This document shows, piece after piece, positions 18,470 to 29,134 of a stretch of DNA of 38,890 nucleotides. The notes beneath the pieces were generated by a model that saw only the letters and a program-made list of their open reading frames with translations, was not told the origin of the DNA and did not search any database. Every line of letters starts with the position of its first letter. The stretch's first letter is position 1. Where the stretch lies: the sequence record SRR22947725_571; one strand, 5' to 3'. The translations under genes were made by a program, and so were the position numbers.

Positions 18470-19228
18470 ATGGAAAAAATAATTATCCTTTGTAGCTTCT
18501 TTTTTTGTGGAATTATTTTCTCTCAAACAGAAAATGAAGTAGGTTTTAAATCTGGTATTGAGCTATACAATAATGGAGATTATAATGAAGCAATTAATTT
18601 ATTTGTTAAAATAATTAATAACGGAGAACATTCGGATGAATTATATTTTAATTTGGGGAATAGTTATTATAAATTAAATGATATCCCTAACAGTATTTAT
18701 TATTTTGAAAAAGCTTTGAAATTAAACCCAAATGATAATGATATACTAAATAATTTAACCTATTCTCAAAACATGTTAATTGATAAAATAGACCAATTGC
18801 CCTCAAATCAATTATCAGATTTTATTAATTATATATCAATGTTTTTTTCTATAAAGCAGTGGCTTATTTTAGGGATTATATTTTTGTATTTTTTCTTAAT
18901 TCTATTTGTGATTTATTTTTTTAAAAATGATAGTATTGCTAAAAAAAATTATTTCACATTGTCATCAGCTTTTTTTTGTCTCACCATTATTTTTATATTA
19001 GTAGGAGTTACAAAATTTGAAAATCAAAAATCTAATATTCAAGCTATAATTTTTGATAAAAAAATTGATTTTAGAACAGAACCTAATTACAGAAGCGAAA
19101 TCCAGTTTAATTTGCACGAGGGCACCAAAGTCAATATCATAGATGAACTTGACGATTGGGTTTTAGTAGAATTAAGTAATGGCGCTAGCGGATGGATGGA
19201 GTTAAAATCAATTAAAAAAATTGACTGA
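18470..19228 (+). CDS. batE: BatE TPR + SH3 protein
   Basis: TPR (YFNLGNSYYK, EKALKLNP), TM segments, SH3-like LHEGTKV...GW. ATG at 18470 preferred over TTG at 18452. Confidence 0.92.
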   Translation: MEKIIILCSFFFCGIIFSQTENEVGFKSGIELYNNGDYNEAINLFVKIINNGEHSDELYFNLGNSYYKLNDIPNSIYYFEKALKLNPNDNDILNNLTYSQNMLIDKIDQLPSNQLSDFINYISMFFSIKQWLILGIIFLYFFLILFVIYFFKNDSIAKKNYFTLSSAFFCLTIIFILVGVTKFENQKSNIQAIIFDKKIDFRTEPNYRSEIQFNLHEGTKVNIIDELDDWVLVELSNGASGWMELKSIKKID

Positions 19229-19729
19229 ATTACTACTTAAATTAAAAAGATTTAATAATTGGTTGCCTACGTTTAAAATAGGGCGGTATAAAAAAGTTGA
19301 TTCAATGTTTTCATTGTTAACAAAGGAAAACGCAGAGTTTATATTTTCAAAAAAGACAAAACAAAAAGAAATTATTAGAATATATTTTATAGCCCCAAAT
19401 AATCCCCCAAACAGTTTATTTAAGAATCCTAAAAAAAGAATTTTAGCAACTTTTGTTAATGCTTTTCCTGCAACAGAAATACTTAAAAGGATAATGATAA
19501 AGGTTAAGGCAAAGGAGAAAAGTTTTATATAAGACTCCTCTACTGATTCTAATTGATTTGGAAAAGTATTGCTAATAAAATCGAATGTTAAATTCGAAAA
19601 CGTTAAAGATCCATATACTCCTAGAATTAAAGCTAAAATAGAAGTTAACTCAATTATCAGGCCCTTGGAAAAACCTCTGTAAAACCCAAGCGCTATTAGG
19701 CATACAATAAAAATATCTAAGTAATTCAA
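19208..19729 (-). CDS. CvpA (colicin V production) family membrane protein
   Basis: N.LDI, GFYRGFSKGLIIE, LNKLFGGLFG. The family start and an upstream promoter favour TTG at 19729 over 19792. Confidence 0.88.
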   Translation of the reverse strand: MNYLDIFIVCLIALGFYRGFSKGLIIELTSILALILGVYGSLTFSNLTFDFISNTFPNQLESVEESYIKLFSFALTFIIILLSISVAGKALTKVAKILFLGFLNKLFGGLFGAIKYILIISFCFVFFENINSAFSFVNNENIESTFLYRPILNVGNQLLNLFNLSSNSVNFFN

Positions 19730-19740
19730 GATTTTATTTA

Positions 19741-19768
19741 CAAATATAGGTATATTGTTTTCATACAA
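19741..19768 (-). promoter_or_regulatory. Promoter TTG-N17-TATATTTG for cvpA
   Basis: CAAATATA at 19741-19748 and CAA at 19766-19768 on the + strand. Confidence 0.55.
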
Positions 19769-19782
19769 TTGAAATTTTTTTA

Positions 19783-20139
19783 ATGGAACCAAAAAAGGAT
19801 TTAAGTGGCAAGTGGGAAAGCATTTTGAATATTTTAAGTGATGAATTTAACAAAGGTGATGATTTAGACATTGAAAGTGTTATTTATTTGATAGGTGTTC
19901 AGGAATTTGGAAATCCAAATATGAAATTTAATAAAGATCAAAAAATTGACCTTATGCATATTGCAATATGTCGTTTATTAGAGCCTTATGGATTTTATGA
20001 ATTTGATTATGTTGATAAAGATGGTTGGCCACATTATAAAACAATTAATAAATTACCAAATTTAAAATCAGGAGAACAAAGTATTTTAATAAAAGAATCT
20101 ATAATAAATTATTTTATTGAAAAAGAACTAATTGAATAA
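19783..20139 (+). CDS. Conserved hypothetical Bacteroidota protein
   Basis: LIGVQE.G, K.DLMHIAICRLLEPYG.YE...D.DGWPH pattern; clean 118-aa ORF. Confidence 0.8.
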   Translation: MEPKKDLSGKWESILNILSDEFNKGDDLDIESVIYLIGVQEFGNPNMKFNKDQKIDLMHIAICRLLEPYGFYEFDYVDKDGWPHYKTINKLPNLKSGEQSILIKESIINYFIEKELIE

Positions 20140-20150
20140 ATGAAAATGAG

Positions 20151-20158
20151 TATTTTTG
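20151..20158 (+). promoter_or_regulatory. -7 promoter element TATTTTTG for pheS
   Basis: Exact TAnnTTTG, 21 bp before the ATG at 20180; TTG at 20132-20134. Confidence 0.55.
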
Positions 20159-20179
20159 AGGCAATGTTTATATCAATTT

Positions 20180-21199
20180 ATGATTGAAGAAATACAAAAT
20201 AAAATTCAACAAGTATTAAGTTTCTCAACAAATAATATTGATGAATTAGAAAAATTTCGAATAGATTTTATTGGAAAAAAAGGATTTGTTAGTCATTATT
20301 TCTCTGAGTTTAAGAAGGTTGAGCCTTCTAAAAAAAAGGAGTATGGTTTAGCAATTAATGAACTAAAAAATGTAACTCTAAAGAAAATTGAAGAACTTAA
20401 AGAAACTCTTGGAACTGATGTTGATAAGAAGGTTAAGGATTTTGACTTGACTAAACCTGCCTCAATGATTGAGCTTGGTTCAAGACATCCAATTTCAATT
20501 ATTAGAGATAAAATAATAGACATATTTTATAAAATTGGCTTTAACGTTTCCGAAGGACCTGAGATTGAAGACGATTGGCACAACTTTACTGCTTTAAATT
20601 TACCAATGCATCATCCTGCTAGAGATATGCAAGACACTTTTTTTATAAAAAAAGATCCAGATTTACTTCTAAGAACTCACACTTCTTCTGTTCAAATTAG
20701 ACATATGGAAGAGAACGAACCACCAATACGGACTATATCACCTGGACGAGTCTACAGGAACGAAGATATCTCCGCTAGATCACATTGCTTTTTTCATCAA
20801 ATAGAAGGACTATATATTGACGAAAATGTTTCATTTGCCGATTTAAAACAAACCTTGCTTTATTTTACAAAAGAACTATTTGGAAAATCTAAAATAAGAT
20901 TAAGACCGTCGTATTTCCCTTTTACCGAGCCTAGTGCTGAAGTGGATATATATTGGGGTTTAGAATCTGAAACTGATTATAGAATTACTAAAGGAACAGG
21001 TTGGCTTGAAATAATGGGCTGTGGAATGATTGATCCAAATGTTTTAAATAATTGTAAGATAGATTCGAGCAAGTACTCAGGGTTTGCATTTGGGATGGGT
21101 ATAGAAAGAATTGCTATGCTTCTTTACCAAATTGAAGATATAAGAATATTATACGATAATGACGTAAGGTTTATTAATCAATTTAAAGACTCAATCTAA
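20180..21199 (+). CDS. pheS: Phenylalanine--tRNA ligase alpha subunit
   Basis: [49 protein letters not shown]. Start placed at ATG 20180. Confidence 0.97.
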   Translation: MIEEIQNKIQQVLSFSTNNIDELEKFRIDFIGKKGFVSHYFSEFKKVEPSKKKEYGLAINELKNVTLKKIEELKETLGTDVDKKVKDFDLTKPASMIELGSRHPISIIRDKIIDIFYKIGFNVSEGPEIEDDWHNFTALNLPMHHPARDMQDTFFIKKDPDLLLRTHTSSVQIRHMEENEPPIRTISPGRVYRNEDISARSHCFFHQIEGLYIDENVSFADLKQTLLYFTKELFGKSKIRLRPSYFPFTEPSAEVDIYWGLESETDYRITKGTGWLEIMGCGMIDPNVLNNCKIDSSKYSGFAFGMGIERIAMLLYQIEDIRILYDNDVRFINQFKDSI

Positions 21200-22180
21200 C
21201 TTTTCAGTTAATTTTTCTATTGTTGTTTTAGGATTCGAATTTTCATACAGAATTTGATATGCAGAAGAGATTATGTTAAATTCGTTGCCATGGGTTTCAA
21301 TTAATTTATAAGCATTTTTAGTAGCATAAAATCCTTCAGATATCATAGACATTTCTGAAATAGCGGCTTTCAAAGTATATCCTTTACCTATCATGTTCCC
21401 TAAAGTTCTATTCCTACTAAATGAAGAATAACAGGTAACTAATAAATCTCCTAGATATTCAGAATCGTTTATGTCTCTGTTGGTTCTGTATATTTTATAT
21501 ACAAATTTTTTCATTTCTCTAACACAATTACTAATTAAAACACTTTGAAAATTATCTCCGTATCCTAGCCCATGACATATTCCTGCAATTATAGCATATA
21601 TGTTTTTTAACATTGCTGCATACTCAACCCCCATAGTATCATTTGATACTTTGACATTAATATAGCTTGACTTTAAAGCGTTTGCCATTTCTTTACCTCT
21701 GAGTTCGTTTTTACAAGCAACTGTCAGGTAAGATAATTTTTCAAGGGCAACTTCTTCAGCATGACAAGGGCCAGTAATAATCCCAATTTTTGATAAAGAG
21801 ATATCATAAAACTCATTTAAATGTTCACTAACGATCAAGTTAGACACTGGTATAACTCCCTTTAAAGCAGAAAATAGAACTTTATCTTTGATAAGGTCCT
21901 TTATTTTTGTTAGTTCAATATCTAAAAAAGGTGAAGGAATAGCTAAAATAACAATGTCGGAGTTATCAACTATTTCTCTAACTGAGGAACTTGGATTTAT
22001 TTTTGATTTATCAAAAACTACAGATCTCAAGTATTTTGCATTTCTTCCTTTATTTTTTATAAACAGAACATCTTCTTCATTTCTTACATACCAATTTACG
22101 ATATTGTTGTTTTCACAAAGCATCTTTACTATTGCAGTTCCCCAACTTCCGCCACCAAGTACAGCATATTTATTATTCAT
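21191..22180 (-). CDS. gpsA: NAD(P)H-dependent glycerol-3-phosphate dehydrogenase
   Basis: [37 protein letters not shown]. Start placed at ATG 22180. Confidence 0.95.
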   Translation of the reverse strand: MNNKYAVLGGGSWGTAIVKMLCENNNIVNWYVRNEEDVLFIKNKGRNAKYLRSVVFDKSKINPSSSVREIVDNSDIVILAIPSPFLDIELTKIKDLIKDKVLFSALKGVIPVSNLIVSEHLNEFYDISLSKIGIITGPCHAEEVALEKLSYLTVACKNELRGKEMANALKSSYINVKVSNDTMGVEYAAMLKNIYAIIAGICHGLGYGDNFQSVLISNCVREMKKFVYKIYRTNRDINDSEYLGDLLVTCYSSFSRNRTLGNMIGKGYTLKAAISEMSMISEGFYATKNAYKLIETHGNEFNIISSAYQILYENSNPKTTIEKLTEKLD

Positions 22181-22277
22181 GTTATAAAGATTAACAAAAT
22201 TTTGTGAATCCACTAAACAATTTAAAATTAAATTTAATAACAATAAAGTTTAATAGTTTATCAATGGTTTGGTTTAG

Positions 22278-22306
22278 GCTCTCTTAATTTTAAGGGAGCT
22301 TTTTTT
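22278..22306 (+). terminator. Intrinsic terminator, oriented for a + strand transcript
   Basis: GCTCTCTTA-ATTT-TAAGGGAGC stem (one G:U pair) followed by T7. On the minus strand the stem has a C-A mismatch and no U tract. Confidence 0.75.
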
Positions 22307-22754
22307 ATAACCAATTATTAAAAGGTACAGACAATAATATTAATAAAAACCCAAATAAATAAAATATTGCTAATCGGATAAATCTTTTATAATTAGTTTT
22401 TGCTTTTTTGAAAAGAGACCACCCTATAGTTATTGAAAGTAATCCTAAAATGTTTAAAGTAGGGTGCTTCAGCAAATAAAAAAAATACAGATCATTTTGA
22501 ATTATTTGTTCAATTCCTTCTCCCCACCATTTAAATTTTGGAGATATAAAATATAATATAATCCCAATGGCAAATTGAATATGGGAGAATATAAGTGTAA
22601 AAAGAGCAACTCTCAAATCCAAGGGTTTAAAAATTTTATTTTGGTATGCCTTAAAAAAAAATCTTAAAATTGAATAAAATATAATTGAAAGCGTTAGAAT
22701 AGCCCAGAGGGAGTGTAATTGTAAAAACCAGTAAAAAATTATTTTAAGATTCAT
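22305..22754 (-). CDS. Four-TM membrane protein with His residues (cytochrome b-like hypothetical)
   Basis: Four hydrophobic segments; H14, H58 (SHIQ) and H97 (HP). Confidence 0.7.
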   Translation of the reverse strand: MNLKIIFYWFLQLHSLWAILTLSIIFYSILRFFFKAYQNKIFKPLDLRVALFTLIFSHIQFAIGIILYFISPKFKWWGEGIEQIIQNDLYFFYLLKHPTLNILGLLSITIGWSLFKKAKTNYKRFIRLAIFYLFGFLLILLSVPFNNWL

Positions 22755-22764
22755 ATTATTTTAT

Positions 22765-24381
22765 TTAAAAATCACTAGCCCTTAATAAGGATTTAGTATA
22801 TAATTTTTTTGAATGTTCGAACAAAAAGTCAGTTTCATTTATTTCAATAATTTTTCCTTTTTTTAATACAATTAATCTATCAGTAAAATATTTTATAACT
22901 GACATATCGTGAGAAATAAATAGAAATGTGAAAAGATATTTTTCCTTTAAATCACTTAACAGGTTTAATATTTGTGCTTGAATAGAAACGTCTAATGCGG
23001 ATACCGATTCATCACATATTATAACTTCAGGATTTAAAGCTAAAGCTCTTGCTATGACTATTCTTTGTCGTTGACCACCAGAAAATTGATTAGGAAATTT
23101 TTTATAATCATTTTTGGATAATCCAACTTGGTTTAAAAGTTCTATTGCTCTACATTCCATTTCGTATTTAGAACCAAAGATTTTATGTGCAATCATTGGC
23201 TCAATTATAGAACTGCCAATTGAAATTTCTGGATTTAAAGATGAGTAGGGATCTTGAAATATCAGCTGAACTTTTTTTCTGAATACAGAATTAGAGATTT
23301 GATTTCTGTTTTTATTTTTAAAAAGAATCTCACCGTTATTAACTTCAATAAGTCCTAAAATAGATTTAGCTATTGTAGATTTTCCTGATCCGGACTCGCC
23401 TACAATTCCCAACGTTTCACCTTTAAATAGATCAAATGAAATATCATTAAGTATTTTAATTTTTTCATAAAAGACAGTTAATTTATTAACTTTTAAAATT
23501 GGATTTTTGCTGTAAATTTTTGAATGATGAATCGCTCTATCTACTTTAGAAATAAGCTTATTTTTTTTATTTTTAGAAGTAATTAACCTATTTGGTCTGT
23601 TATTTTTTGGAGGAATAGAGTTTATTAAATGTTGAGTGTATTTTTCTTTAGGAGAATTAAATATCTGTGAAGAAACACCCTTTTCAATAATGATCCCCTC
23701 TTTTAATACAATCAAATTATCAGCAAATTTTGAAACTAACTTTAAATCATGAGATATAAATAAAACACCCATGCTATATTCGTTCTGTAAAGATTTAATT
23801 AAAGAAATAATATCATTTCTAACTATACTGTCTAAGGAAGTGGTTGGCTCATCGGCAATCAATAGTTTAGGCTTACATGCTATAGCTATTGCAATCATAA
23901 CTCGTTGTTGCTGCCCGCCACTTAGCTGAAAAGGATATTTTTCAAATACTAACTCAGGATTTTTTAATTGAACTTTTTGGATGAGTTCGATAGATTTTTT
24001 TTTGGCTATTTTTTTATTAATTTTTTCATGATTAATAATAATCTCAGAAATTTGATCACCACATTTCATGCTTGGATTTAAAGAACTCATTGGTTCTTGA
24101 AAAATTATTGAAATTTCTTTCCCTCTTATTTTTTGATATTCTTTGCTAGACAATTCGTTTAACTCCTTCCCATTGAAAATTATTTGCCCATCAGTCTTTA
24201 GGTTTTTTATATTAATTAAATCTAAAATTGATAATGCAGTAAATGATTTTCCGCTTCCAGATTCACCAACAAGTCCTAAAACTTCATTTTTTTTTAAGTC
24301 AAATGAAACATTTGATAAAATAATTTGATCACCAACATTGATGGTTAGGTTTTTTATTGAAAGGAGTGTACTATCATTCAT
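22765..24381 (-). CDS. Fused double-domain ABC ATPase, Dpp/Opp D-F type
   Basis: Two GESGSGKS motifs, two SGGQ.QR signatures, DEPT/DESV, two ISHD, IFQEP/IFQDP. Start placed at ATG 24381. Confidence 0.93.
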   Translation of the reverse strand: MNDSTLLSIKNLTINVGDQIILSNVSFDLKKNEVLGLVGESGSGKSFTALSILDLINIKNLKTDGQIIFNGKELNELSSKEYQKIRGKEISIIFQEPMSSLNPSMKCGDQISEIIINHEKINKKIAKKKSIELIQKVQLKNPELVFEKYPFQLSGGQQQRVMIAIAIACKPKLLIADEPTTSLDSIVRNDIISLIKSLQNEYSMGVLFISHDLKLVSKFADNLIVLKEGIIIEKGVSSQIFNSPKEKYTQHLINSIPPKNNRPNRLITSKNKKNKLISKVDRAIHHSKIYSKNPILKVNKLTVFYEKIKILNDISFDLFKGETLGIVGESGSGKSTIAKSILGLIEVNNGEILFKNKNRNQISNSVFRKKVQLIFQDPYSSLNPEISIGSSIIEPMIAHKIFGSKYEMECRAIELLNQVGLSKNDYKKFPNQFSGGQRQRIVIARALALNPEVIICDESVSALDVSIQAQILNLLSDLKEKYLFTFLFISHDMSVIKYFTDRLIVLKKGKIIEINETDFLFEHSKKLYTKSLLRASDF

Positions 24382-25540
24382 AATCAAACGTTGCACTATC
24401 AAACATCTTTAAAGCTTCTGTTAAGTAAACATCAAAATCCTTTGGTCTATAATTGTTTTTTTCAAGATTTTTTTTGCCAAGTCTTACCACTATAATATTT
24501 CTTTCAGGAACTACAATTACATACTGACCTAATATTCCTCTCATAGCAAAAAAATCATTTTCATTAATTTTCCCAAGCCAAAATCCATACCCATACTCAG
24601 GGCTTTTTTTAAATCTAGGCTTAATAGATTTAGCAACAAAAGAGGAGTCTAAAATTTGAACTCCGTTCCATTTTCCAAAATCTTTGTAAAGTTTCCCAAA
24701 TCTTGCAAAATCTCTAGCATTAGAATTAAAACAACAATATGCTTTTACAGTATTATTTTTTTTCCCGTCAATTTGCCAAAGTGAATTGTTTTCAAAACCC
24801 AAAGGCTCTAAAAACCAATCTTGTACAAGAGTCGATATTTTATTTTGAGTTGCTTCTTCAATTACCATTGAAAGAAGTTGCGTGCTAGCACTATAATATT
24901 TAAAACTTTTTCCAGGCTCCTCAACAATAGCTCTAGATTTAATTAATTCATTAAGCTCACTCGAAATATAAGATCTTGCTGTAACTCCAAATACATCTGT
25001 GTAACTTTCATTCCAATCAAATCCTGATGCCATACTCGATAAATCTCCAATCGTTAGTTTTTCGGCTAACCCATCGGAATACCCATTAACATAAGAACTT
25101 ACTTTATCATCAATACTTTCAAAATACCCATTTTGAATAGCTTTTCCCATAGTGGCTGACACAATACTTTTTGCCATTGAGAAAGAATTGCTGTAAGAGT
25201 TTTTTTTGTAACCTTGATAATATTTTTCATGCCAGATAGAATCGTTTTTTATAATTAAATAAGCTACAGTTCCAAGCTCTGCATGAATTTTTTTTAAATT
25301 TTCAGTCTCAGGAAGATTGTTATAGTCTTTGTGAATTGGCCAAGGTTGTGGGGAAGTACTTTTAGAAAGTGTTATATTTTCAAAATATTTGTAGTCAGTA
25401 ATGTCCGCATTAGTTCTTTGCATTTTATAAACTGTTCCTACTAGTTCAGACAAATAAACAATATCAGAGCTGAAATTAAGTCCGGCAAAAATTAAAAATA
25501 ACGATATTATTAAGCCAATTTTACTTTTTAAAAGTTTCAT
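24374..25540 (-). CDS. Serine hydrolase, beta-lactamase class C-like family
   Basis: SFSMAKS (SxxK), FKYYS, RDFARFG, YGYGFW, GILGQY; N-terminal anchor. Confidence 0.88.
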   Translation of the reverse strand: MKLLKSKIGLIISLFLIFAGLNFSSDIVYLSELVGTVYKMQRTNADITDYKYFENITLSKSTSPQPWPIHKDYNNLPETENLKKIHAELGTVAYLIIKNDSIWHEKYYQGYKKNSYSNSFSMAKSIVSATMGKAIQNGYFESIDDKVSSYVNGYSDGLAEKLTIGDLSSMASGFDWNESYTDVFGVTARSYISSELNELIKSRAIVEEPGKSFKYYSASTQLLSMVIEEATQNKISTLVQDWFLEPLGFENNSLWQIDGKKNNTVKAYCCFNSNARDFARFGKLYKDFGKWNGVQILDSSFVAKSIKPRFKKSPEYGYGFWLGKINENDFFAMRGILGQYVIVVPERNIIVVRLGKKNLEKNNYRPKDFDVYLTEALKMFDSATFDYE

Positions 25541-25557
25541 ACACTAATGTATGAAAA

Positions 25558-26532
25558 TTAAGATAGTAATTTTATAGCATCCTTTGCAAAATACGAGGCG
25601 ATTATATCAGCTCCAGCCCGTTTCATTGAAACAAGTTGCTCCATCATAACTTTATCGTGATCTAGCCAACCTTCTTTAGCTGCTGCTTTAAGCATTGAAT
25701 ATTCTCCGCTGACTTGGTAAATTGCTAATGGACAATGTACTTGGTTTTTTAAATCTCGCAAAACATCTAAATAACTTATCCCGGGTTTAACCATTATTAT
25801 ATCGGCACCTTCTTCAATATCAGATTTTGCTTCTGCAATCGCTTCTGATCTGTTACGAAAATCCATCTGATAAGTTTTTTTGTCCCCAAAGCCAGGTTTT
25901 GAATCTAAAGCATCTCTAAATGGACCATAAAAATTTGAGGCGTATTTAACAGCATAACTCATTATCCCTATATCGTGGAAGCCATTGTCTTCAAGAGTTT
26001 TTCTTATAGATAAAACTCTACCGTCCATCATGTCACTTGGAGCAACAATATCCGCTCCAGCTTCTGCGTGACTTAGAGCCATCTTGGACAAAACGACATT
26101 AGTTTGATCGTTTAGAATTTTATTACCTTTTACTATACCATCGTGACCATAACTTGAGTACGGGTCTAATGCGACATCGGTCATAATGGTCATGTCAGGA
26201 ACACTACTTTTAATCTCTCTAATGGCTTTTTGCATAAGTCCGTTTTTCTTGAAAGATTCAGTTCCAAAATTATCTTTTAAATGTTCTTCTACTTTTACAA
26301 ATAATAAAACCCCTTGCACACCAATATCCCAAAGTAACTTAACTTCTTTTTTTATAATGTCTAAACTGTATCTAAAATAATTAGGCATTGAAGGTATTTC
26401 TTCTTTTAAATTTGTTCCCTCTATTATAAAAAGAGGAACAATAAAATCATGAGGATGTAAGCTAGACTCTTTAATTAAATTTCTTAAAGATTGTTTTGAA
26501 CGAAGTCTTCGATTTCTATTTAGTGGATACAT
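25558..26532 (-). CDS. hemB: Porphobilinogen synthase (ALA dehydratase), Cys-free metal site
   Basis: R.RRLR, DVALDPYSSYGHDG, APSDMMDGR, YGPFRDA, MVKP, YQVSGEY. Confidence 0.97.
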   Translation of the reverse strand: MYPLNRNRRLRSKQSLRNLIKESSLHPHDFIVPLFIIEGTNLKEEIPSMPNYFRYSLDIIKKEVKLLWDIGVQGVLLFVKVEEHLKDNFGTESFKKNGLMQKAIREIKSSVPDMTIMTDVALDPYSSYGHDGIVKGNKILNDQTNVVLSKMALSHAEAGADIVAPSDMMDGRVLSIRKTLEDNGFHDIGIMSYAVKYASNFYGPFRDALDSKPGFGDKKTYQMDFRNRSEAIAEAKSDIEEGADIIMVKPGISYLDVLRDLKNQVHCPLAIYQVSGEYSMLKAAAKEGWLDHDKVMMEQLVSMKRAGADIIASYFAKDAIKLLS

Positions 26533-26541
26533 ATTTTTAAT

Positions 26542-27444
26542 TTAAACCCAATTTTTTGGGGATTCTAATATTTTTATAAGCTTTTCTTCTGGGCTTCCTT
26601 TTTTTGTTTTAAAATCGTAATTCCATTTAACTTTTGGGGGCATACTTATTAAAATACTTTCTATTCTTCCTTTGGTTTTTAATCCAAATAAAGTTCCTTT
26701 ATCGTGAAGAAGATTAAATTCCACATATCTTCCTCTTCTAATCTGTTGCCAATTTATATTTATATTGTTAAAGTCTGTTTTTTTTCTTTTTTCAACAATT
26801 GGAATATAAGAATCTAAAATACATTGTCCCATGTCCTTAATAAATAAAAGCCATCTGTCAATTGACATTTCTTTACTTTCTCTACAATAATCAAAAAATA
26901 ATCCACCAACACCTCTAGCTTCGTTTCTGTGTGAATTCCAGAAATATTCATCACATCTTTTTTTATAATTTTTGTAAAAGCTTGAGTTGTATTTATCACA
27001 AACGATTTTACATTTAGTATGAAAATGAATAATATCATTTTCAAAAATATAATAAGGAGTAAGGTCAAGACCTCCTCCAAACCATCTATCTTTTAACCCC
27101 CCATTTTCGTATAATTCGAAATATCTTAAATTGGCATGAAAAGTGGGAGCCATTGGATTTTTAGGATGTAAAACAATACTTATTCCACATGCATAAAAAT
27201 CAGAATCTTTAGTTTTGAACATCTCTGCCATTGACTTTGGAAGTTTGCCATGAACTTTAGAAACATTTACGCCTCCCTTTTCAAAAACTTTACCATTCTC
27301 AATAACCATAGTTAAACCACCGCCTCCTTTTTCTCTTGACCAAACATCTTTCTTGAATTTTCCTAATCCATCAACCTTTTCCAAGGCGGACGTTATCTCG
27401 CCTTGAAGAAGATCAATGTATTTAGAAAAATTATTTTTTATCAT
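26542..27444 (-). CDS. hemF: Oxygen-dependent coproporphyrinogen III oxidase
   Basis: [48 protein letters not shown]. Confidence 0.97.
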   Translation of the reverse strand: MIKNNFSKYIDLLQGEITSALEKVDGLGKFKKDVWSREKGGGGLTMVIENGKVFEKGGVNVSKVHGKLPKSMAEMFKTKDSDFYACGISIVLHPKNPMAPTFHANLRYFELYENGGLKDRWFGGGLDLTPYYIFENDIIHFHTKCKIVCDKYNSSFYKNYKKRCDEYFWNSHRNEARGVGGLFFDYCRESKEMSIDRWLLFIKDMGQCILDSYIPIVEKRKKTDFNNININWQQIRRGRYVEFNLLHDKGTLFGLKTKGRIESILISMPPKVKWNYDFKTKKGSPEEKLIKILESPKNWV

Positions 27445-28472
27445 GAAGAATAATTTTTAATAGTTTCTACAAAAACTTTAACATTATCAACAGGTGTATT
27501 TGGAAGAATTCCATGACCTAAATTTGCAATATATTTATCTTTTCCAAATTCATTCAACATTTGTGTAGTTTGACTTATTAACTCTTTTTTAGGAGAAAAT
27601 AATCTACTCGGATCCAAATTGCCTTGTAGAGTAATATTGTTTCCTGATAAATATCGTGCATTTCTAGCTGAACACGTCCAATCAATCCCAAGTCCAGAAG
27701 CTCCAATTTTCGAGTATGCGTTTATGGAGTGCCAACATCCTTTTGGATAGATTATCACAGGTTTAATTTCTTTTATGGCAGCTGTAATTTGTTCTATATA
27801 TGGAAATGAAAAAATTTGATAATCAGTGTGAGATAGAACACCTCCCCACGAATCAAAAATTTGAACAGCATCAACACCTGCTTCTATTTTCTTTTTTAAA
27901 TAATCAATAGTTATAGAGGTTATTTTACTTAAAAGTAATTTAGCTAGGTCGGGATTTTCAAAACAAAAACTTTTAGCTATATCAAAGTTTTTAGAACCAC
28001 TACCTTGAACCATATAGCATAATATTGTCCATGGAGATCCTGCAAATCCTATTAAAGGAATATCAGCAGGAAGTTCTTTTTTAGTCATTTTTACTGCATC
28101 AAAAACATAATTTAATTTTTCTTCAACATTTTGAATATTTAAATTAATTACATCAGATTTTTTTCTAACAGGAGATTCTATGTATGGACCAAAATTATTT
28201 TTCATTTCAACATTAATTCCCATTGCTTGGGGAATTACTAAAATATCGCTAAATATTATAGAAGCATCTAATCCTATTTGTTTAATTGGCATTAATGTTA
28301 TTTCTGTAGCTAGTTCTGGTGTTTGACATCTTGTAAAAAAATCATATTTGTTTTTTAAAACCATAAAATCTGGCAAATATCTTCCAGCTTGTCTCATAAT
28401 CCATACAGGCGGTCTTTCCACAGTCTCACCGTTTAGAGCTTTTAAAAAAAGAGGGGTTTCGTTTTTAATCAT
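27441..28472 (-). CDS. hemE: Uroporphyrinogen decarboxylase
   Basis: [44 protein letters not shown]. Confidence 0.97.
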   Translation of the reverse strand: MIKNETPLFLKALNGETVERPPVWIMRQAGRYLPDFMVLKNKYDFFTRCQTPELATEITLMPIKQIGLDASIIFSDILVIPQAMGINVEMKNNFGPYIESPVRKKSDVINLNIQNVEEKLNYVFDAVKMTKKELPADIPLIGFAGSPWTILCYMVQGSGSKNFDIAKSFCFENPDLAKLLLSKITSITIDYLKKKIEAGVDAVQIFDSWGGVLSHTDYQIFSFPYIEQITAAIKEIKPVIIYPKGCWHSINAYSKIGASGLGIDWTCSARNARYLSGNNITLQGNLDPSRLFSPKKELISQTTQMLNEFGKDKYIANLGHGILPNTPVDNVKVFVETIKNYSS

Positions 28473-29134
28473 TTTTCAAATAATTTAATTGTTTCGTTAA
28501 TTACGTTTTCAATTGTAGGAACTTTGCAACTTAAAACTTTGTTTGAATATCGTTTAGCATATTTTGAAGTAGTTTGGCCAATACATACACAGTATGAATT
28601 ATTTAATGAGTTATTTATCATAAAGCTCTTAATTCCACTTGGGCTGTAAAATAAAATAGCATCAAAAATTTGATCGTATTTTTTAGGTTTTGCTACGTTG
28701 TTGTAAGCAACTAGCTCCTTCAGTTCTATATTTTTTTTCTTAAAAAAATAAGAAAACTCTTCATTTTTAATGTTGCTTCGACAAAAAATGAACTTTTCGT
28801 TTTTAGCTGTTTTTGATATAAATTCAGCTAAATTTGATGAATTTTGAGCCATTTTTGCAATTTTTTGACCTTTTTTGACTAAAAGTGATTTTGTATTTTT
28901 GCCTACACAATAAATTTTATTAAAAAAATTGTCAATATTTTGATTACTTGAAAAAACTGCTTCAACAGCATTTTTGCTTGTGAATATCCAGCTTCCATCA
29001 TGTTTGGGAAGATTTTGGATTAAGGGTTGTATTGAAATAAAATCATTGTGATATAAATCAAATTTTAAATCACTGAAAAGATGTTTTAAATCATTACTTA
29101 ACGTTTTTGTAGAAAGAATTTTAATTTTTTTCAT
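28469..29134 (-). CDS. hemD: Uroporphyrinogen-III synthase
   Basis: [23 protein letters not shown]; lies between hemC and hemE. Confidence 0.9.
   Translation of the reverse strand: MKKIKILSTKTLSNDLKHLFSDLKFDLYHNDFISIQPLIQNLPKHDGSWIFTSKNAVEAVFSSNQNIDNFFNKIYCVGKNTKSLLVKKGQKIAKMAQNSSNLAEFISKTAKNEKFIFCRSNIKNEEFSYFFKKKNIELKELVAYNNVAKPKKYDQIFDAILFYSPSGIKSFMINNSLNNSYCVCIGQTTSKYAKRYSNKVLSCKVPTIENVINETIKLFEK

Noticed and set aside
20180..21199. pheS without adjacent pheT
   Set aside because: Separation of pheS and pheT is usual in Bacteroidota.
24374..25540. Beta-lactam resistance gene
   Set aside because: The fold family includes many esterases and amidases; it lacks the AmpC YxN and KTG motifs, so resistance cannot be claimed.
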